Part shown: positions 28,768 to 40,191 of the stretch, piece by piece
Position numbering within the stretch: the first letter of the stretch is position 1
How the letters are laid out: each line of letters begins with the position of its first letter
DNA from: Deltaproteobacteria bacterium
GTDB taxonomy: Bacteria > Desulfobacterota > GWC2-55-46 > DRQE01
Direction of reading: 5' to 3'
Length of the DNA: 64,000 nt
Assembly (NCBI GenBank): GCA_024278765.1
Contig: JAJRSM010000034.1
Coordinates: forward strand, 12,051 to 76,050
Notes under the pieces: generated by a model
What the model saw: only the letters and a program-made list of their open reading frames with translations
The model's database searches: none
Told to the model about the DNA's origin: nothing
Made by a program: the position numbers and the translations under genes

Positions 28768-29085
28768 ATGCAGATTACCGAGGTGAAGGTCTTACCGGTC
28801 AATGGGGATGAGAGATTAAAAGCATTTGTTAGTATTAAGTTGGATGCCTGTTTTGTAGTACGAGATATGAAGATAATTGCTGGAAATAATGGACTTTTTG
28901 TGGCAATGCCTGCAAAAAAGATGAAGGATGGTACTTATAGAGACCTCATTCATCCGCTGGATCAGCAGACCAGAGAGATGGTTGAAGGGCTTGTATTGGA
29001 CGAATATAAGAAGGTTACCTCAGATAATGTCAAAAAATTCTCAGTCGTAGAGAGTACTCAGAGCAAGCATGTAGCTACTCTATAA
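28768..29085 (+). CDS. spoVG: Septation protein SpoVG
   Basis: 'MQITEVKVLPVNGDERLKAFVSIKLDACFVVRDMKIIAGNNGLFVAMP' is near-canonical SpoVG. Confidence 0.85.
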   Translation: MQITEVKVLPVNGDERLKAFVSIKLDACFVVRDMKIIAGNNGLFVAMPAKKMKDGTYRDLIHPLDQQTREMVEGLVLDEYKKVTSDNVKKFSVVESTQSKHVATL

Positions 29086-29128
29086 TTACAAGCATGGTTA
29101 CTATAATATACTAAAGCAGGGTTCAAAA

Positions 29129-29160
29129 GGGCCATCCTTATTAAGGGTGGCCCTTTTTTT
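29129..29160 (+). terminator. Rho-independent terminator (GGGCCAUCC/GGGUGGCCC stem with one G-U, then T7)
   Basis: Read directly, immediately after spoVG. Confidence 0.8.
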
Positions 29161-29216
29161 GCTGCAACGGGGGTGGGCTAAACTTCAGGTGTGTCTACTT
29201 GCATGTTAGATAGATA

Positions 29217-29259
29217 TTGACCGCGCGTTGTATTTAAGATAAAGTAAAGCCCTATAATT
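29217..29259 (+). promoter_or_regulatory. Candidate promoter for the rfb cluster (TTGACC-17-TAAAGT; a perfect TATAAT lies 9 bp further on)
   Basis: -35 TTGACC at 29217-29222, 17-nt spacer, TAAAGT at 29240-29245; TATAAT at 29254-29259. Confidence 0.35.
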
Positions 29260-29278
29260 AAAGGTTTAAGGGGGTTTT

Positions 29279-30010
29279 GTGAAGGGAATCATACTTGCCG
29301 GAGGGCTTGGCACTCGGCTTCATCCGCTTACAAAAGTTACAAATAAGCATCTACTTCCTGTTTTTCGTAAACCCATGATCTATTACCCTATTCAGTGCCT
29401 GTTGAATGCCGGAATAACCGATATTCTTATTGTTACCGGTGGTAATAATGCCGGAGATTTTCTAAAACTTCTGGGCAATGGCAAGGAGTTCGGGTTAAAG
29501 CACCTTAACTATACTTATCAGGAGGGTGAGGGTGGCATTGCCGAGGCCTTGGATCTGGCCGAGCATTTTGCCGATGGCGATAAAATATGCGTTGTTTTAG
29601 GTGATAATCTTATCGAAAAAAATATTAAGGCCGCGGTAGAAGACTTTGAGGCTATTGAGAGCGGTGCTATGGTTCTGCTCAAAGAGGTCGCCGATCCGGA
29701 GCGTTTCGGTGTTCCTGTTATAGAGGGTGAGAATATTTTGCGTATCGAGGAGAAACCTGCAAATCCCGGCTCTAACTATGCAGTAACAGGTATCTATATG
29801 TATGACAATAATGTCTTTGATATTATCAAGACACTTGAACCCTCCAAAAGGGGAGAGCTTGAGATAACCGATGTTAATAATGCCTATATTGAAAAGGGTA
29901 CTCTTGTATGGCGCGATCTTGCTGGTTGGTGGACCGATGCAGGTACCTTTGAGTCACTCTTAAATGCCGCCAATATGGTTGCCGCTTCTGGTGCCAATAA
30001 TCTGGAGTAA
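29279..30010 (+). CDS. rfbA: Glucose-1-phosphate thymidylyltransferase (short-form sugar-phosphate nucleotidyltransferase)
   Basis: 243 aa; 'GIILAGGLGTRLHPLTKVTNKHLLPV' NTP_transferase signature. GTG start. Followed by rfbD, rfbC and rfbB. Confidence 0.8.
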   Translation: MKGIILAGGLGTRLHPLTKVTNKHLLPVFRKPMIYYPIQCLLNAGITDILIVTGGNNAGDFLKLLGNGKEFGLKHLNYTYQEGEGGIAEALDLAEHFADGDKICVVLGDNLIEKNIKAAVEDFEAIESGAMVLLKEVADPERFGVPVIEGENILRIEEKPANPGSNYAVTGIYMYDNNVFDIIKTLEPSKRGELEITDVNNAYIEKGTLVWRDLAGWWTDAGTFESLLNAANMVAASGANNLE

Positions 30011-30019
30011 CCCTAAATT

Positions 30020-30925
30020 ATGAGTAAGGTTGTAATCCCTGGTCAGATGGTTCTGGTCGTAGGCGCAGCAGGTATGCTGGGCTCTGCACTAGTGCCGCTT
30101 CTTTTAAAAGACGGCTATGAGGTCGTTGCCCCTAGTATCTCTGAGCTTGATATTACGGACCTGCAAGCTACCAGAGTACTTGTGCGAGGGGTAGCACCGA
30201 GTGCTATTGTTAACTGCGCGGCCTATACTGCTGTTGACAAAGCTGAGGATGAGCGAACTAAGGCAGAGCTTATTAATTCCGAAGGGGCCGCTAATATCGC
30301 ACGCACAGCGCAGGAAGCCGGTGCAAAGTTTATCCATATCTCAACGGATTTTGTATTTGACGGCAAGAAAAACACCCCTTACGAAGAAGATGACGAGGCG
30401 TCTCCTTTAGGCGTCTACGGTAGCTCTAAACTTGCGGGCGAGCAGAGGGTTCAGGCCTTTGGCGGTGACTTCTTTATTGTTAGGACTTCTTGGTTGTACG
30501 GTCAGGGCAATGAGAACTTCGTGACAAAGATTGCAGAACGTGCCAAGTCTTTAAAAGAACTGCAAGTTGTCTTTGATCAGGTAGGGACTCCTACCTATAC
30601 TCTGGATCTGGCAGAGGCTATTGTAAACCTTATGCAGCGAGACCTTGAAAGCGGCATCTATCATTTCTCAAATGAAGGGCTTGCCAGTTGGTATGATTTT
30701 GCCGTTGCTATTGTAGATGGCCTTAAGAGGCGCGACGTCGTGCTCTCGGTCGAGACTATAAAACCGGTTTTGAGCTCGGCCTTTAAGCGCCTTGCAACGC
30801 GCCCGCCTTACTCGGTAATGGACAAAACAAAATACAAAGACAGCCTTGGTCTTACCATTAGAAACTGGAACGAGGCACTTTCTTTTTATCTCGATGATAT
30901 CGTAAGGAATGGGAGGCTAAAATGA
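30020..30925 (+). CDS. rfbD: dTDP-4-dehydrorhamnose reductase
   Basis: 301 aa RmlD_sub_bind; 'VVGAAGMLGSAL' Rossmann motif and 'CAAYTAVDKAE'. Confidence 0.85.
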   Translation: MSKVVIPGQMVLVVGAAGMLGSALVPLLLKDGYEVVAPSISELDITDLQATRVLVRGVAPSAIVNCAAYTAVDKAEDERTKAELINSEGAANIARTAQEAGAKFIHISTDFVFDGKKNTPYEEDDEASPLGVYGSSKLAGEQRVQAFGGDFFIVRTSWLYGQGNENFVTKIAERAKSLKELQVVFDQVGTPTYTLDLAEAIVNLMQRDLESGIYHFSNEGLASWYDFAVAIVDGLKRRDVVLSVETIKPVLSSAFKRLATRPPYSVMDKTKYKDSLGLTIRNWNEALSFYLDDIVRNGRLK

Positions 30926-31380
30926 TAGAGGGTGTTATTGTTAAGAATTTAGACCTTTATGCCGATGATAGAGGGTGGTTGACCGAGCTTGTTAGAAGCG
31001 ATGAACTGCCTGAGGGTTTTAAGCCTGCTATGAGTTATCTCTCGATGACTATCGCAGGGACTGTACGTGGCCCGCACGAACATAAAGAGCAGACCGATTA
31101 TTTTTGCTTTGTCGGGCCTTCGGATTTCAAGGTATATCTTTGGGACAATAGAGAGGGCTCTGCTACTAGTGGTGAACGTCAGGTCTTTGTAGCCGGTGCT
31201 GGCAACCCAAAAATAGTTGTAGTGCCGCCGGGCGTTGTTCATGCTTATAAGAATGTCGGTGAGGTAGACGGCTTGGTCTTTAACGCCCCCGATAGGCTCT
31301 ACCGGGGCGAGGGTAAGAGCGAAGAGGTAGATGAGATAAGGCATGAATCCGATACAGACTCTGCCTTTATAGTTGATTGA
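30922..31380 (+). CDS. rfbC: dTDP-4-dehydrorhamnose 3,5-epimerase (cupin)
   Basis: 152 aa; 'DDRGWLTELVRSDE' RmlC motif. Overlaps the rfbD stop (ATGA). Confidence 0.85.
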   Translation: MIEGVIVKNLDLYADDRGWLTELVRSDELPEGFKPAMSYLSMTIAGTVRGPHEHKEQTDYFCFVGPSDFKVYLWDNREGSATSGERQVFVAGAGNPKIVVVPPGVVHAYKNVGEVDGLVFNAPDRLYRGEGKSEEVDEIRHESDTDSAFIVD

Positions 31381-31399
31381 TTATTATATGTGAGGTTTT

Positions 31400-32467
31400 T
31401 TGACCGTGAATATTCTGATTACAGGCGGGGCCGGCTTTATTGGTGTTAACCTTGTTTCCTATATGGTTAACAAATATCCAGATTATAAGATAGTAGTTTT
31501 GGACGCCCTCACCTACGCAGGTAATCTGCAGAGCCTCAAATCCGTTGAGGGCAAGGCTAACTATACCTTTGTAAAGGGAGATATCTGCGACAGGACTCTG
31601 CTTGATAAGGCCTTTAACGAGCATCAGATAAATGCTGTTATGCATCTGGCGGCAGAGAGCCATGTTGATCGTTCTATTCTTAGTGCCGAGGAGTTCCTGC
31701 GTACGAATGTAATGGGTACGTACACCCTGCTTGAGGCCGCACGTAGTGCATGGAAGGACGCAGAAGCTGGCACCAAGAGATGGGTCTTTTTAAATGTCAG
31801 CACCGATGAGGTATACGGTACGCTTGGCAGCACCGGGGCATTTACCGAGCAGACCCCGTATAGCCCAAATAGTCCGTATTCGGCCTCCAAGGCCTCGGCA
31901 GATCATTTTGTGCGGGCCTTTTATGAGACGCATGGTCTTCCTACGCTCACAACAAACTGCTCAAATAACTACGGCCCTTTTCAGTTACCAGAGAAGCTTA
32001 TTCCCCTTATGATCTTAAATGCTACCGAGGGTAAAGCCCTGCCTGTTTATGGTAAGGGTGATAATGTCAGGGATTGGCTTTACGTCGAAGACCATTGCAG
32101 GGCTCTGGATCTTGCTTTGCATAAAGGGCGTTTCGGTCAGACCTATAATATCGGCGGTGAAAACGAATGGACAAATATAAAACTGGTCGGACGTATCTGC
32201 GAACTGTTAGATGAACTTCGCCCTGCCGCAGGTGGTCGGGGCTATGATTCGCAGATAACCTTTGTCCCGGATAGACCCGGTCATGATTTACGCTATGCTA
32301 TAGATGCAACGAAGATTAAAGACGAACTTGGTTGGCATGCGCAGCACAGTTTTGAGCAGGGGCTGAAGGATACGGTGCTGTGGTATTTAGATAACCTGGG
32401 TTGGTGCGAAGACGTTCGCAGTGGCGCGTACGCCGAGTATTATGATAAAAATTACATCGGGAGATAG
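31400..32467 (+). CDS. rfbB: dTDP-glucose 4,6-dehydratase
   Basis: 355 aa; '[13 protein letters not shown]', catalytic '[11 protein letters not shown]' (YxxxK). Start is TTG 31400 or GTG 31406. Confidence 0.9.
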   Translation: MTVNILITGGAGFIGVNLVSYMVNKYPDYKIVVLDALTYAGNLQSLKSVEGKANYTFVKGDICDRTLLDKAFNEHQINAVMHLAAESHVDRSILSAEEFLRTNVMGTYTLLEAARSAWKDAEAGTKRWVFLNVSTDEVYGTLGSTGAFTEQTPYSPNSPYSASKASADHFVRAFYETHGLPTLTTNCSNNYGPFQLPEKLIPLMILNATEGKALPVYGKGDNVRDWLYVEDHCRALDLALHKGRFGQTYNIGGENEWTNIKLVGRICELLDELRPAAGGRGYDSQITFVPDRPGHDLRYAIDATKIKDELGWHAQHSFEQGLKDTVLWYLDNLGWCEDVRSGAYAEYYDKNYIGR

Positions 32468-32472
32468 AGCCA

Positions 32473-33777
32473 TTGCATATATCAGTTATAGGGACAGGTT
32501 ATGTGGGGCTTGTTACAGGGGCCTGTTTTGCGGACTTTGGCGTGAATGTAACCTGCGTCGATAAAGACGCAGCAAAGGTAGAGGCACTTAAGCGCGGAGA
32601 GATACCTATTTACGAGCCAGGCCTTAAAGAGGTCGTGGCTAGCAATATAAAGGCCGGAAGGCTTGTCTTTACGACAGATATTAAGGCGAGCATCAAGAAC
32701 TCGCTTGTTGTCTTTATCGCTGTTGGTACGCCGCCGCGCGGTGACGGCTCTACTGATATGCAGTATATAGATGAAGTGGCACGAACCATCGGCGCAAACC
32801 TAGACGGATATAAGGTTATAGTCACCAAAAGTACGGTGCCGGTCGGGACCGGCAGACGTATTGAGGATATTATTAGTGAGGCCAGCAATGGTGAGCATTC
32901 TTTTGATGTTGCATCTAATCCAGAGTTTTTGCGCGAAGGCTCTGCTGTCGAAGACTTTATGCGCCCCAACAGGGTCGTTCTAGGAGTCAGGAGCGAGCAG
33001 GTCGCGGCTATCTTGAAAGATCTTTATTCGCCGCTCTACCTTATGGACACGCCTTTTGTCGTAACGGATATTGAGACGGCTGAGTTGATAAAATATGCTG
33101 CTAATGCATTTCTTGCCACTAAGATCTCCTTTATCAATGAGATTGCAAATCTATGCGAGAGGACAGGCGGGAATGTCCAGACTGTGGCCAAGGCAATGGG
33201 GCTTGATAATAGAATTGGCCCGAAGTTTTTGCATGCAGGCCCTGGTTACGGGGGGTCTTGTTTTCCTAAAGATACGCTTTCACTTGTCAATATGGCTAAA
33301 GAACTTGGCTATGACTTTAAGATTGTCAGCGCAGTTGTCGATGTAAATAGAGAGCAGCGTTTGATTATGGTGGAGAAGATAAAAGCTCTGGTAGGTAGTA
33401 TGAAGGGTAGTGTTGTAGGTGTTCTGGGATTGACCTTTAAACCGAATACAGATGACGTCAGGGAATCGCCCTCCATAGATATAATAAATGCTCTTGTCGA
33501 AGAAGGTGCAAGCGTGCGGGTGTATGACCCGGTGGGTATGGAAAATGCTAGGCAATCGCTTCCAAAGGAAGGGGTAACTTATTGTCACGACGCATACGGG
33601 GTTGCAGAGGCCGCTGATTGTCTGGTTATTGCGACGGAGTGGAATCAGTTTAGAAATCTGGATCTGCTAAGGCTTAAAAGTCTTTTGAAGAGACCTTGCT
33701 TGATAGATCTTAAAAATATATATGATCCGCATAAACTTCGTGATCTGGGTTTTGAATATAGCTCGGTAGGAAGGTAG
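32473..33777 (+). CDS. ugd: UDP-glucose 6-dehydrogenase (nucleotide-sugar dehydrogenase family)
   Basis: 434 aa; 'ISVIGTGYVGLVTGACFADFG' and the catalytic Cys in 'GGSCFPKD'. TTG start. Confidence 0.85.
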   Translation: MHISVIGTGYVGLVTGACFADFGVNVTCVDKDAAKVEALKRGEIPIYEPGLKEVVASNIKAGRLVFTTDIKASIKNSLVVFIAVGTPPRGDGSTDMQYIDEVARTIGANLDGYKVIVTKSTVPVGTGRRIEDIISEASNGEHSFDVASNPEFLREGSAVEDFMRPNRVVLGVRSEQVAAILKDLYSPLYLMDTPFVVTDIETAELIKYAANAFLATKISFINEIANLCERTGGNVQTVAKAMGLDNRIGPKFLHAGPGYGGSCFPKDTLSLVNMAKELGYDFKIVSAVVDVNREQRLIMVEKIKALVGSMKGSVVGVLGLTFKPNTDDVRESPSIDIINALVEEGASVRVYDPVGMENARQSLPKEGVTYCHDAYGVAEAADCLVIATEWNQFRNLDLLRLKSLLKRPCLIDLKNIYDPHKLRDLGFEYSSVGR

Positions 33778-33792
33778 TCGTAAAATACGGAT

Positions 33793-33884
33793 TTTAGCAG
33801 GTAAGTAGTTGATAAGATGTTTCTGTAGGTCGGATAACCAAAGGCCTTCAACTTCATGGAGTTCCTTGGTTATCTTTAATAAAG
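33793..33884. terminator. Putative hairpin terminator after ugd (GATAACCAAAGG ... CCTTGGTTATC arms)
   Basis: Approximate coordinates. 11-12-bp inverted arms with a ~19-nt loop, followed by 'TTTAATAAAGG'. The weak U-tract lowers confidence. Confidence 0.35.
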
Positions 33885-33947
33885 GCAGTGTAAGGCCAAT
33901 TGCTGCCGGTTTTTCATTATTATTGTCTTGACTGCACTGAGGTGAAG

Positions 33948-34364
33948 ATGTATAAAATAAAGTTGAATGCAGGTCGCTGGTATAGGTCTTTACAGAGACC
34001 AGTCTCTGCAGAAAGTGGCAGGATTAAGTTAAAGCTTGTCTTATGGATATCTGGTGTGGCACTTATAGCTTATATGGCGGTTGTCTTGATACCGCCGTTT
34101 GTAAGTTATAAGATGCTAGAGTACGAAGCACGTGGCGAGGCGGATGTCGCCAACATGTACACGGATGCGCAGATCGAGAGTCGTTTAGCCTCTAAGGCTG
34201 CATTATGGTCTATAGAGATTGAATCTGGTGATATAGACGTAACCAGAGATTATGAAGAGATAGATATCTCTATAAATTATAGTATAACCTTGGTCTTTTT
34301 TGGTCGGTTTGAGCGAACTATATACTTCGATATAGAGGTAAGCGAACCACTTGAGCAGATTTGA
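33948..34364 (+). CDS. Hypothetical membrane-anchored protein (single N-terminal TM)
   Basis: The ORF track starts at 33900, but the likely start is 'MYKIKLNAG' at 33948. One hydrophobic helix ('LVLWISGVALIAYMAVVLIPPFV'). Confidence 0.4.
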   Translation: MYKIKLNAGRWYRSLQRPVSAESGRIKLKLVLWISGVALIAYMAVVLIPPFVSYKMLEYEARGEADVANMYTDAQIESRLASKAALWSIEIESGDIDVTRDYEEIDISINYSITLVFFGRFERTIYFDIEVSEPLEQI

Positions 34365-34445
34365 TATATACTCAGCGTAGCAATCGTAGAGTAGGATTGC
34401 TAATAACTTAAAATATAGACCGCTTAAACGGTCCCAGACCTTTTA

Positions 34446-35177
<732 letters not shown>

Positions 35178-35180
35178 AAA

Positions 35181-36182
35181 GTGCCGGATACATTTAACAG
35201 GAAAGATCTGCTGGGAATAGAAGACCTCTCAGTAGAAGAGATAGTAAAGATACTCGGCTCTGCCGCCTCTTTTAGAGAGGTCGCCGAGCGTGATATCAAG
35301 AAAGTCCCGACGCTTCGGGGCAAGACGATCATTAACCTCTTCTACGAACCGTCTACGCGCACACGTACCTCATTCGAGATCGCAGCGAAGCGGATGAGTG
35401 CTGATGCGATAAATATCGCCGTAGCCTCTAGTTCGATAAAAAAGGGCGAGACTCTGAAAGACACGGCCCTGAACCTAGAGGCGATGAGCCCTGACTGTAT
35501 AGTCGTTCGTCACGGGTCTTCGGGTACACCGCAGATGCTTGCCAGATATCTTAAGTGCAGCGTTATAAATGCCGGCGACGGCCTGCATGAGCACCCTTCT
35601 CAGGCCCTGCTCGATATGCTTACCGTCAGTAACAGGCTCGGTGGTATTGAAAAACTGGACGGGTTAAGGATTCTTATTGTTGGCGATGTTGCCCACTCTA
35701 GGGTGGCTCGTTCTAATATACTGGGTTTTTCTAAGATGGGTGCGCATGTTACGGTCTGCGGCCCGCCTACGATGATCCCCGTGGGGATAGAGCATCTGGG
35801 CTGTGATGTTAATCACGATATGACGGCTGCCGTAAAGGACGCCGATGTTGTTATGATGCTAAGGCTTCAGTTAGAGCGTCAGGCGGCAGGGCTCTTTCCA
35901 TCACCCAGAGAGTACGCAAAACTATACGGCCTTGATAGCCTAAAGCTTAAGAGGGCTAAAAAGGATGTTATTATTCTGCATCCAGGGCCGATCAATCGTG
36001 GCCTTGAGATCTCCCCTGAAGTCGCCGACGGCCCCTGGTCGCTGATCTTGGAGCAGGTCGCAAACGGGTTGGCCGTAAGGATGGCGTTGTTTTACTTGTT
36101 GCTCGGAGGCGTAAAGGATGGCATTTCAAACGCCAATAAGAGCCTAAACCCTGATGGTGTGAGGCTCTTGAATCTAAGGTGA
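35181..36182 (+). CDS. pyrB: Aspartate carbamoyltransferase catalytic subunit
   Basis: 333 aa; 'STRTRTSFE' and 'HPSQAL' carbamoyltransferase motifs. GTG start. Confidence 0.9.
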   Translation: MPDTFNRKDLLGIEDLSVEEIVKILGSAASFREVAERDIKKVPTLRGKTIINLFYEPSTRTRTSFEIAAKRMSADAINIAVASSSIKKGETLKDTALNLEAMSPDCIVVRHGSSGTPQMLARYLKCSVINAGDGLHEHPSQALLDMLTVSNRLGGIEKLDGLRILIVGDVAHSRVARSNILGFSKMGAHVTVCGPPTMIPVGIEHLGCDVNHDMTAAVKDADVVMMLRLQLERQAAGLFPSPREYAKLYGLDSLKLKRAKKDVIILHPGPINRGLEISPEVADGPWSLILEQVANGLAVRMALFYLLLGGVKDGISNANKSLNPDGVRLLNLR

Positions 36183-36189
36183 AGAATTT

Positions 36190-37497
36190 ATGAAAAGATT
36201 ACTATTAAAAGGCGGCAGGGTACTAGACCCTTCGCGTTCGGTCGATGGCCTCTATGACGTTATAGTCTTTGGCGGTAAGGTAGCTTCGATTAAGGCCTCG
36301 GATGATCAGGCCTCGCCAAGCGAGGCCGAGACAGACGCGGGTTGGGAGGGTATTGATTGTGCGGGACTTTTGATCGTCCCGGGTCTTATCGATATACATA
36401 CGCACCTGCGCGAGCCGGGCTTTGAGTATAAAGAGACGATAAAGACCGGCACCGAAGCAGCCGTTGCCGGAGGTTTTACGACGATCCTGTGTATGGCGAA
36501 TACCGAGCCTATAAACGACAATGGCTCGGTAAGCCGTTTTATAGTTAGGCAGGGGCATGATCTGAAGCTTGCAAATGTCCTGCCGATCGGGGCCGTGACC
36601 ACTGGTTTTAAAGGCTCGCAACTAACAGAGATGGCAGAGTTGCAAGAGGCCGGGTGCGTAGCCCTCTCTGATGATGGTCTACCGATAACCGATGCGGCTA
36701 TTATGCGTCGTGCTCTGGAGTACGCAAAGGGGCTTGATCTTACCGTTATCAGCCACGCCGAAGAGCCTGCGCTTGTAGCAGGCGGTGCTATGCACGAGGG
36801 TGATGTCTCAACAAGGCTTGGCCTTAAGGGGATACCATCTGAAGCAGAGTCAGTGATGGTGGCCCGGGATGTTCTTTTATCCGAACTTACCGGAGGCAAG
36901 CTGCATGTTGCGCACGTAAGCACCAAAGGTGCACTCGATATAATCCGTGAAGCAAAAAAACGTGGCGTAAACGTAACGGCAGAGGCCAGTCCGCATCATC
37001 TGATGCTTACCGATCACGCCGTCTCTGATTACGGCACTGAGTTTAAGATGAACCCGCCGCTTCGAGCCGGTGATGATAGAGCTGCGCTTCGCGCTGCTAT
37101 TAAGGACGGAACAATAGATACGATAGCGACCGATCACGCACCGCATTCTTCGATTGAAAAAGACGTCGAATTCGATAGTGCCGCAAATGGCGTGGTTGGG
37201 CTAGAGACCTCGCTTGGCGTAGTCTTGAGGCTCGTTGATAAAGGTGAACTGACGCTTGCTGAGGTTATAAGGGCTATGACGATAAATCCGGCGATTGCGA
37301 TGGGTCTTGAAAAAGGCACTCTGCAAGTCGGGCGTGACGCAGATATTACGATAATAGATCTTAATAAAGAATGGACGGTCGAGCCGGAAAACTTTAAGAC
37401 AAAAGGGCGCAACACCCCCTTTGCAGGATGGAAGCTAAAGGGCCGTGCCATAAGAACGATAGTCGGCGGGCGTACCGTCTTTGAACTCATTGCGTAA
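36190..37497 (+). CDS. pyrC: Dihydroorotase (multifunctional-complex type)
   Basis: 435 aa amidohydrolase; 'DIHTHLREPG' metal-binding motif. Confidence 0.85.
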   Translation: MKRLLLKGGRVLDPSRSVDGLYDVIVFGGKVASIKASDDQASPSEAETDAGWEGIDCAGLLIVPGLIDIHTHLREPGFEYKETIKTGTEAAVAGGFTTILCMANTEPINDNGSVSRFIVRQGHDLKLANVLPIGAVTTGFKGSQLTEMAELQEAGCVALSDDGLPITDAAIMRRALEYAKGLDLTVISHAEEPALVAGGAMHEGDVSTRLGLKGIPSEAESVMVARDVLLSELTGGKLHVAHVSTKGALDIIREAKKRGVNVTAEASPHHLMLTDHAVSDYGTEFKMNPPLRAGDDRAALRAAIKDGTIDTIATDHAPHSSIEKDVEFDSAANGVVGLETSLGVVLRLVDKGELTLAEVIRAMTINPAIAMGLEKGTLQVGRDADITIIDLNKEWTVEPENFKTKGRNTPFAGWKLKGRAIRTIVGGRTVFELIA

Positions 37498-37925
37498 CCA
37501 CCTGCGGTGGGGCTAAGTCCAGTAAGTGAGTTCCAGAGCAGCACGTAGTAATAAATTAAATTGATGGATTGGCAGTGCGCAGTACCTGTGTGAGTTAAAG
37601 CAACTTCGTCACAGTAGTAATTATATTTTACTGTCATTGCGAGGAACAGAAGCCCCGAGCATAGCGACGGGGTCTGCGACAAAGCAATCTCGTTTTGTTT
37701 GGAGGCAAACCTTCAGGTTTGCATGTTTACAGGGTTGACTGGTTTAGTGAATTGTCATTGCGAGGAACGTAGGGTCTAAGACCCGTAGAGACGAAGCAAT
37801 CTAGTATTTACTACCCCCTTTGAAAAGGAGAAATTTAAGGGGATTTGAAAGTAGGGCAAGGCTTTAGCTTTGCTTTACTATAAAGCAAAGTAATAAAGTA
37901 AAAACAACGGAGATTATTTTTAGAT
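37498..37925. repeat. Intergenic repeat cluster between pyrC and carA. Contains stop-adjacent CACCTGCGGTG element copy B (37498-37570), two copies of 'TGTCATTGCGAGGAAC-hairpin-GACGAAGCAATCT' (about 37630-37695 and 37753-37810), and a 'GTAGGGCAAGGCTTTAGC' segment shared with 10170-10192.
   Basis: Read directly. Element order and sequence parallel the leuA-leuC spacer. Confidence 0.65.
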
Positions 37926-39059
37926 ATGAAAGAACGTAAAAAAGCAATGCTTGTATTATCGGACGGAACGGTCTTTGAGGGTTATTCTTTAGGCGCGGTC
38001 GGCGAAGCACCGGGCGAGGTCGTCTTTAATACCTCGCTTATGGGTTATCAGGAAATCTTGACCGATCCGTCGTATAAGGGCCAGATAGTCACGATGACCT
38101 ATACCGAGCAGGGAAACTACGGGGTGAACCTTGAAGACATCGAGTCTTGCAAGCCATGGGTAAGCGGCTTTATCGTAAAGCAGGCCTGCGCCTACCCGAG
38201 CAGTTGGCGTAACAATAAAAAAGGCGGCATGACGCTCGACGCATATCTTAAAGAGAGCAATGTCGTTGGTATTGAAGGTATAGATACCCGTGCGCTTACT
38301 CGTCATATCCGCAAAGAGGGAGCAATGCCAGGCATTATATCTTCGGTTGACCTTGATGCAGAGAGCCTCTATAAGAAGGCCATGGCGATACCAACGCTCG
38401 CCGGGCAAGACCTCGCAAAAGAAGTCACCTGTAAAGAACCATACCAGTGGACAGAAGGGCTCTGGGATATGGAGAATGGGTATTGCGAAGACTCGGAAAA
38501 ACCAAAATATAAAGTCGTTGCCTTTGACTTCGGAATAAAATTTAATATTCTGCGCTCGCTCGTCAGTACTGGCTGCGAGGTGACGGTCGTCCCTGCCAGC
38601 ACTACGGCAGCAGAGGTTATGGAGATGAACCCGGACGGGATTTTCCTCTCTAACGGTCCGGGCGATCCCGAGCCCGTAGACTATGCACAGAAGACGATTA
38701 AGGAACTCATAGGTAAAAAGCCAATCTTTGGAATATGTCTTGGTCATCAGCTGCTGAGCCTAGCCCTTGGCGGCAAGTCATTTAAACTCAAGTTCGGCCA
38801 TAGGGGCGGTAACCAGCCCGTGATGGATCTGACGACTAGGAAGGTCGAGATAACCTCGCAGAACCACGGCTTTGCAATAGACGCAGACTCGATGGAGGGG
38901 CTCGCCGAGCTTACGCACATCAACTTGAATGACAAGACCGTTGAAGGGATTCGTGGTGAGGCCAGAAAATTATTTACGGTACAGTACCACCCCGAGGCCT
39001 CTCCCGGCCCACATGACTCGCATTACCTCTTTAAGAGGTTTACCGATATGATGGGGTGA
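37926..39059 (+). CDS. carA: Carbamoyl-phosphate synthase small (glutaminase) subunit
   Basis: 377 aa; CPSase_sm_chain N-domain plus class-I GATase ('GICLGHQLL' catalytic Cys, 'HPE'). Confidence 0.9.
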   Translation: MKERKKAMLVLSDGTVFEGYSLGAVGEAPGEVVFNTSLMGYQEILTDPSYKGQIVTMTYTEQGNYGVNLEDIESCKPWVSGFIVKQACAYPSSWRNNKKGGMTLDAYLKESNVVGIEGIDTRALTRHIRKEGAMPGIISSVDLDAESLYKKAMAIPTLAGQDLAKEVTCKEPYQWTEGLWDMENGYCEDSEKPKYKVVAFDFGIKFNILRSLVSTGCEVTVVPASTTAAEVMEMNPDGIFLSNGPGDPEPVDYAQKTIKELIGKKPIFGICLGHQLLSLALGGKSFKLKFGHRGGNQPVMDLTTRKVEITSQNHGFAIDADSMEGLAELTHINLNDKTVEGIRGEARKLFTVQYHPEASPGPHDSHYLFKRFTDMMG

Positions 39060-39100
39060 GGGGTTGATAAGTTTTACCTTAACTAGATTTGGAGGTTACT

Positions 39101-40189
39101 ATGTCTAAAAATTTGATTGATATTGAAGAGGCAACTTATCAAGAGGACGACTGCGATGAAGTGCCACCTACAGATATAGTAGCTTATAATGAACTACGTT
39201 CTTGTGCAGACCTTTTTAGGATGCAAACGAAAGGTATGTTAGATATAAAACCAGAGTTTCAGAGAGAGGTTGTATGGAAGAAACCAGCACAAACTCGTTT
39301 TATTGATTCACTTATGAAAGGATTGCCAATTCCTAGCATGTGTTTTAGTTTTGACCATAAGACACAAAAGTGGCAAGTGATAGACGGCTTGCAAAGAATG
39401 TATACTATTATAGCGTTTTTATCAGGATCAATAGGAACTTTATCTAAGCTGAACGATATAGATCAGAGAATTTCTGGCCAGCCTTTCTATAAATTTGAAG
39501 GTGTTGATTCAGAGTTGTATTCCTATCTTACTCGTGTTGAAAATTTAACTTTGCCAATTACTGTTTTGAGATGTGATTATAGCAAGAGAAGTCATATGGA
39601 ATATCTTTTTACTATATTTCATAGGTTAAATGCTGGAGGAATGAAGCTTAACAATCAGGAAATTAGGAACTGCATATTTAGCGGTAGTTTTAATCGTTTG
39701 CTAAATGAGTTAAACGATACTAGTAGTTGGTTGAAAATAAATAGGATTAAAAAAAGTGTGGGGCATCGTTTCACTAAACAAGAGTTGATTTTAAGGTTTT
39801 TTGCTTTTTACGATTCTTATAATAACTATGATGGAAAACTTGCACGTTTTTTGAATTATTATATGGAGGATAACAGGAATCCTAGTGATGAATTTTTAGC
39901 GAATAAGAAAGAGATTTTTCAGCAAACAGTTGACGTGCTGAATGTGAATATCTTTCAAGGAAAAGTGCCTCCTAAGCTAGGTATAACAGTGTTAGAAGCA
40001 CTACTTCTTGGGGTTGCTTTTAATCTTCGAACTATTAGAAAAAAGTCTGATTCAGAGATTAATGCAATGTACTTTAAAATATTGCATCATGAAGAATTTT
40101 CAGAGAATAAACTCATGGAAGGAATCTCACAGAAGTCAAGAGTACAAGGGAGAATCAAAGCAGCAAAACAAATATTTTCTGGTAAGTAG
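39101..40189 (+). CDS. DUF262-domain protein (GmrS/ParB-like NTPase-nuclease superfamily N-terminal domain)
   Basis: 'KPEFQREVVWKKPAQTRFIDSLMKGLPIPSMCF' and 'VIDGLQRMYTI' match the DUF262 signature (YQR..W ... IDGQQRLTT). GGAGG RBS 6 nt before ATG 39101. AT-rich relative to flanking carA and carB. Confidence 0.75.
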   Translation: MSKNLIDIEEATYQEDDCDEVPPTDIVAYNELRSCADLFRMQTKGMLDIKPEFQREVVWKKPAQTRFIDSLMKGLPIPSMCFSFDHKTQKWQVIDGLQRMYTIIAFLSGSIGTLSKLNDIDQRISGQPFYKFEGVDSELYSYLTRVENLTLPITVLRCDYSKRSHMEYLFTIFHRLNAGGMKLNNQEIRNCIFSGSFNRLLNELNDTSSWLKINRIKKSVGHRFTKQELILRFFAFYDSYNNYDGKLARFLNYYMEDNRNPSDEFLANKKEIFQQTVDVLNVNIFQGKVPPKLGITVLEALLLGVAFNLRTIRKKSDSEINAMYFKILHHEEFSENKLMEGISQKSRVQGRIKAAKQIFSGK

Positions 40190-40191
40190 AT

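Noticed and set aside
33929-33957. TTGACT-17-TATAAA promoter-like match upstream of the 33948 ORF
   Set aside because: The -10 element would fall inside the most plausible start codon region of the ORF, so it is probably a chance match.
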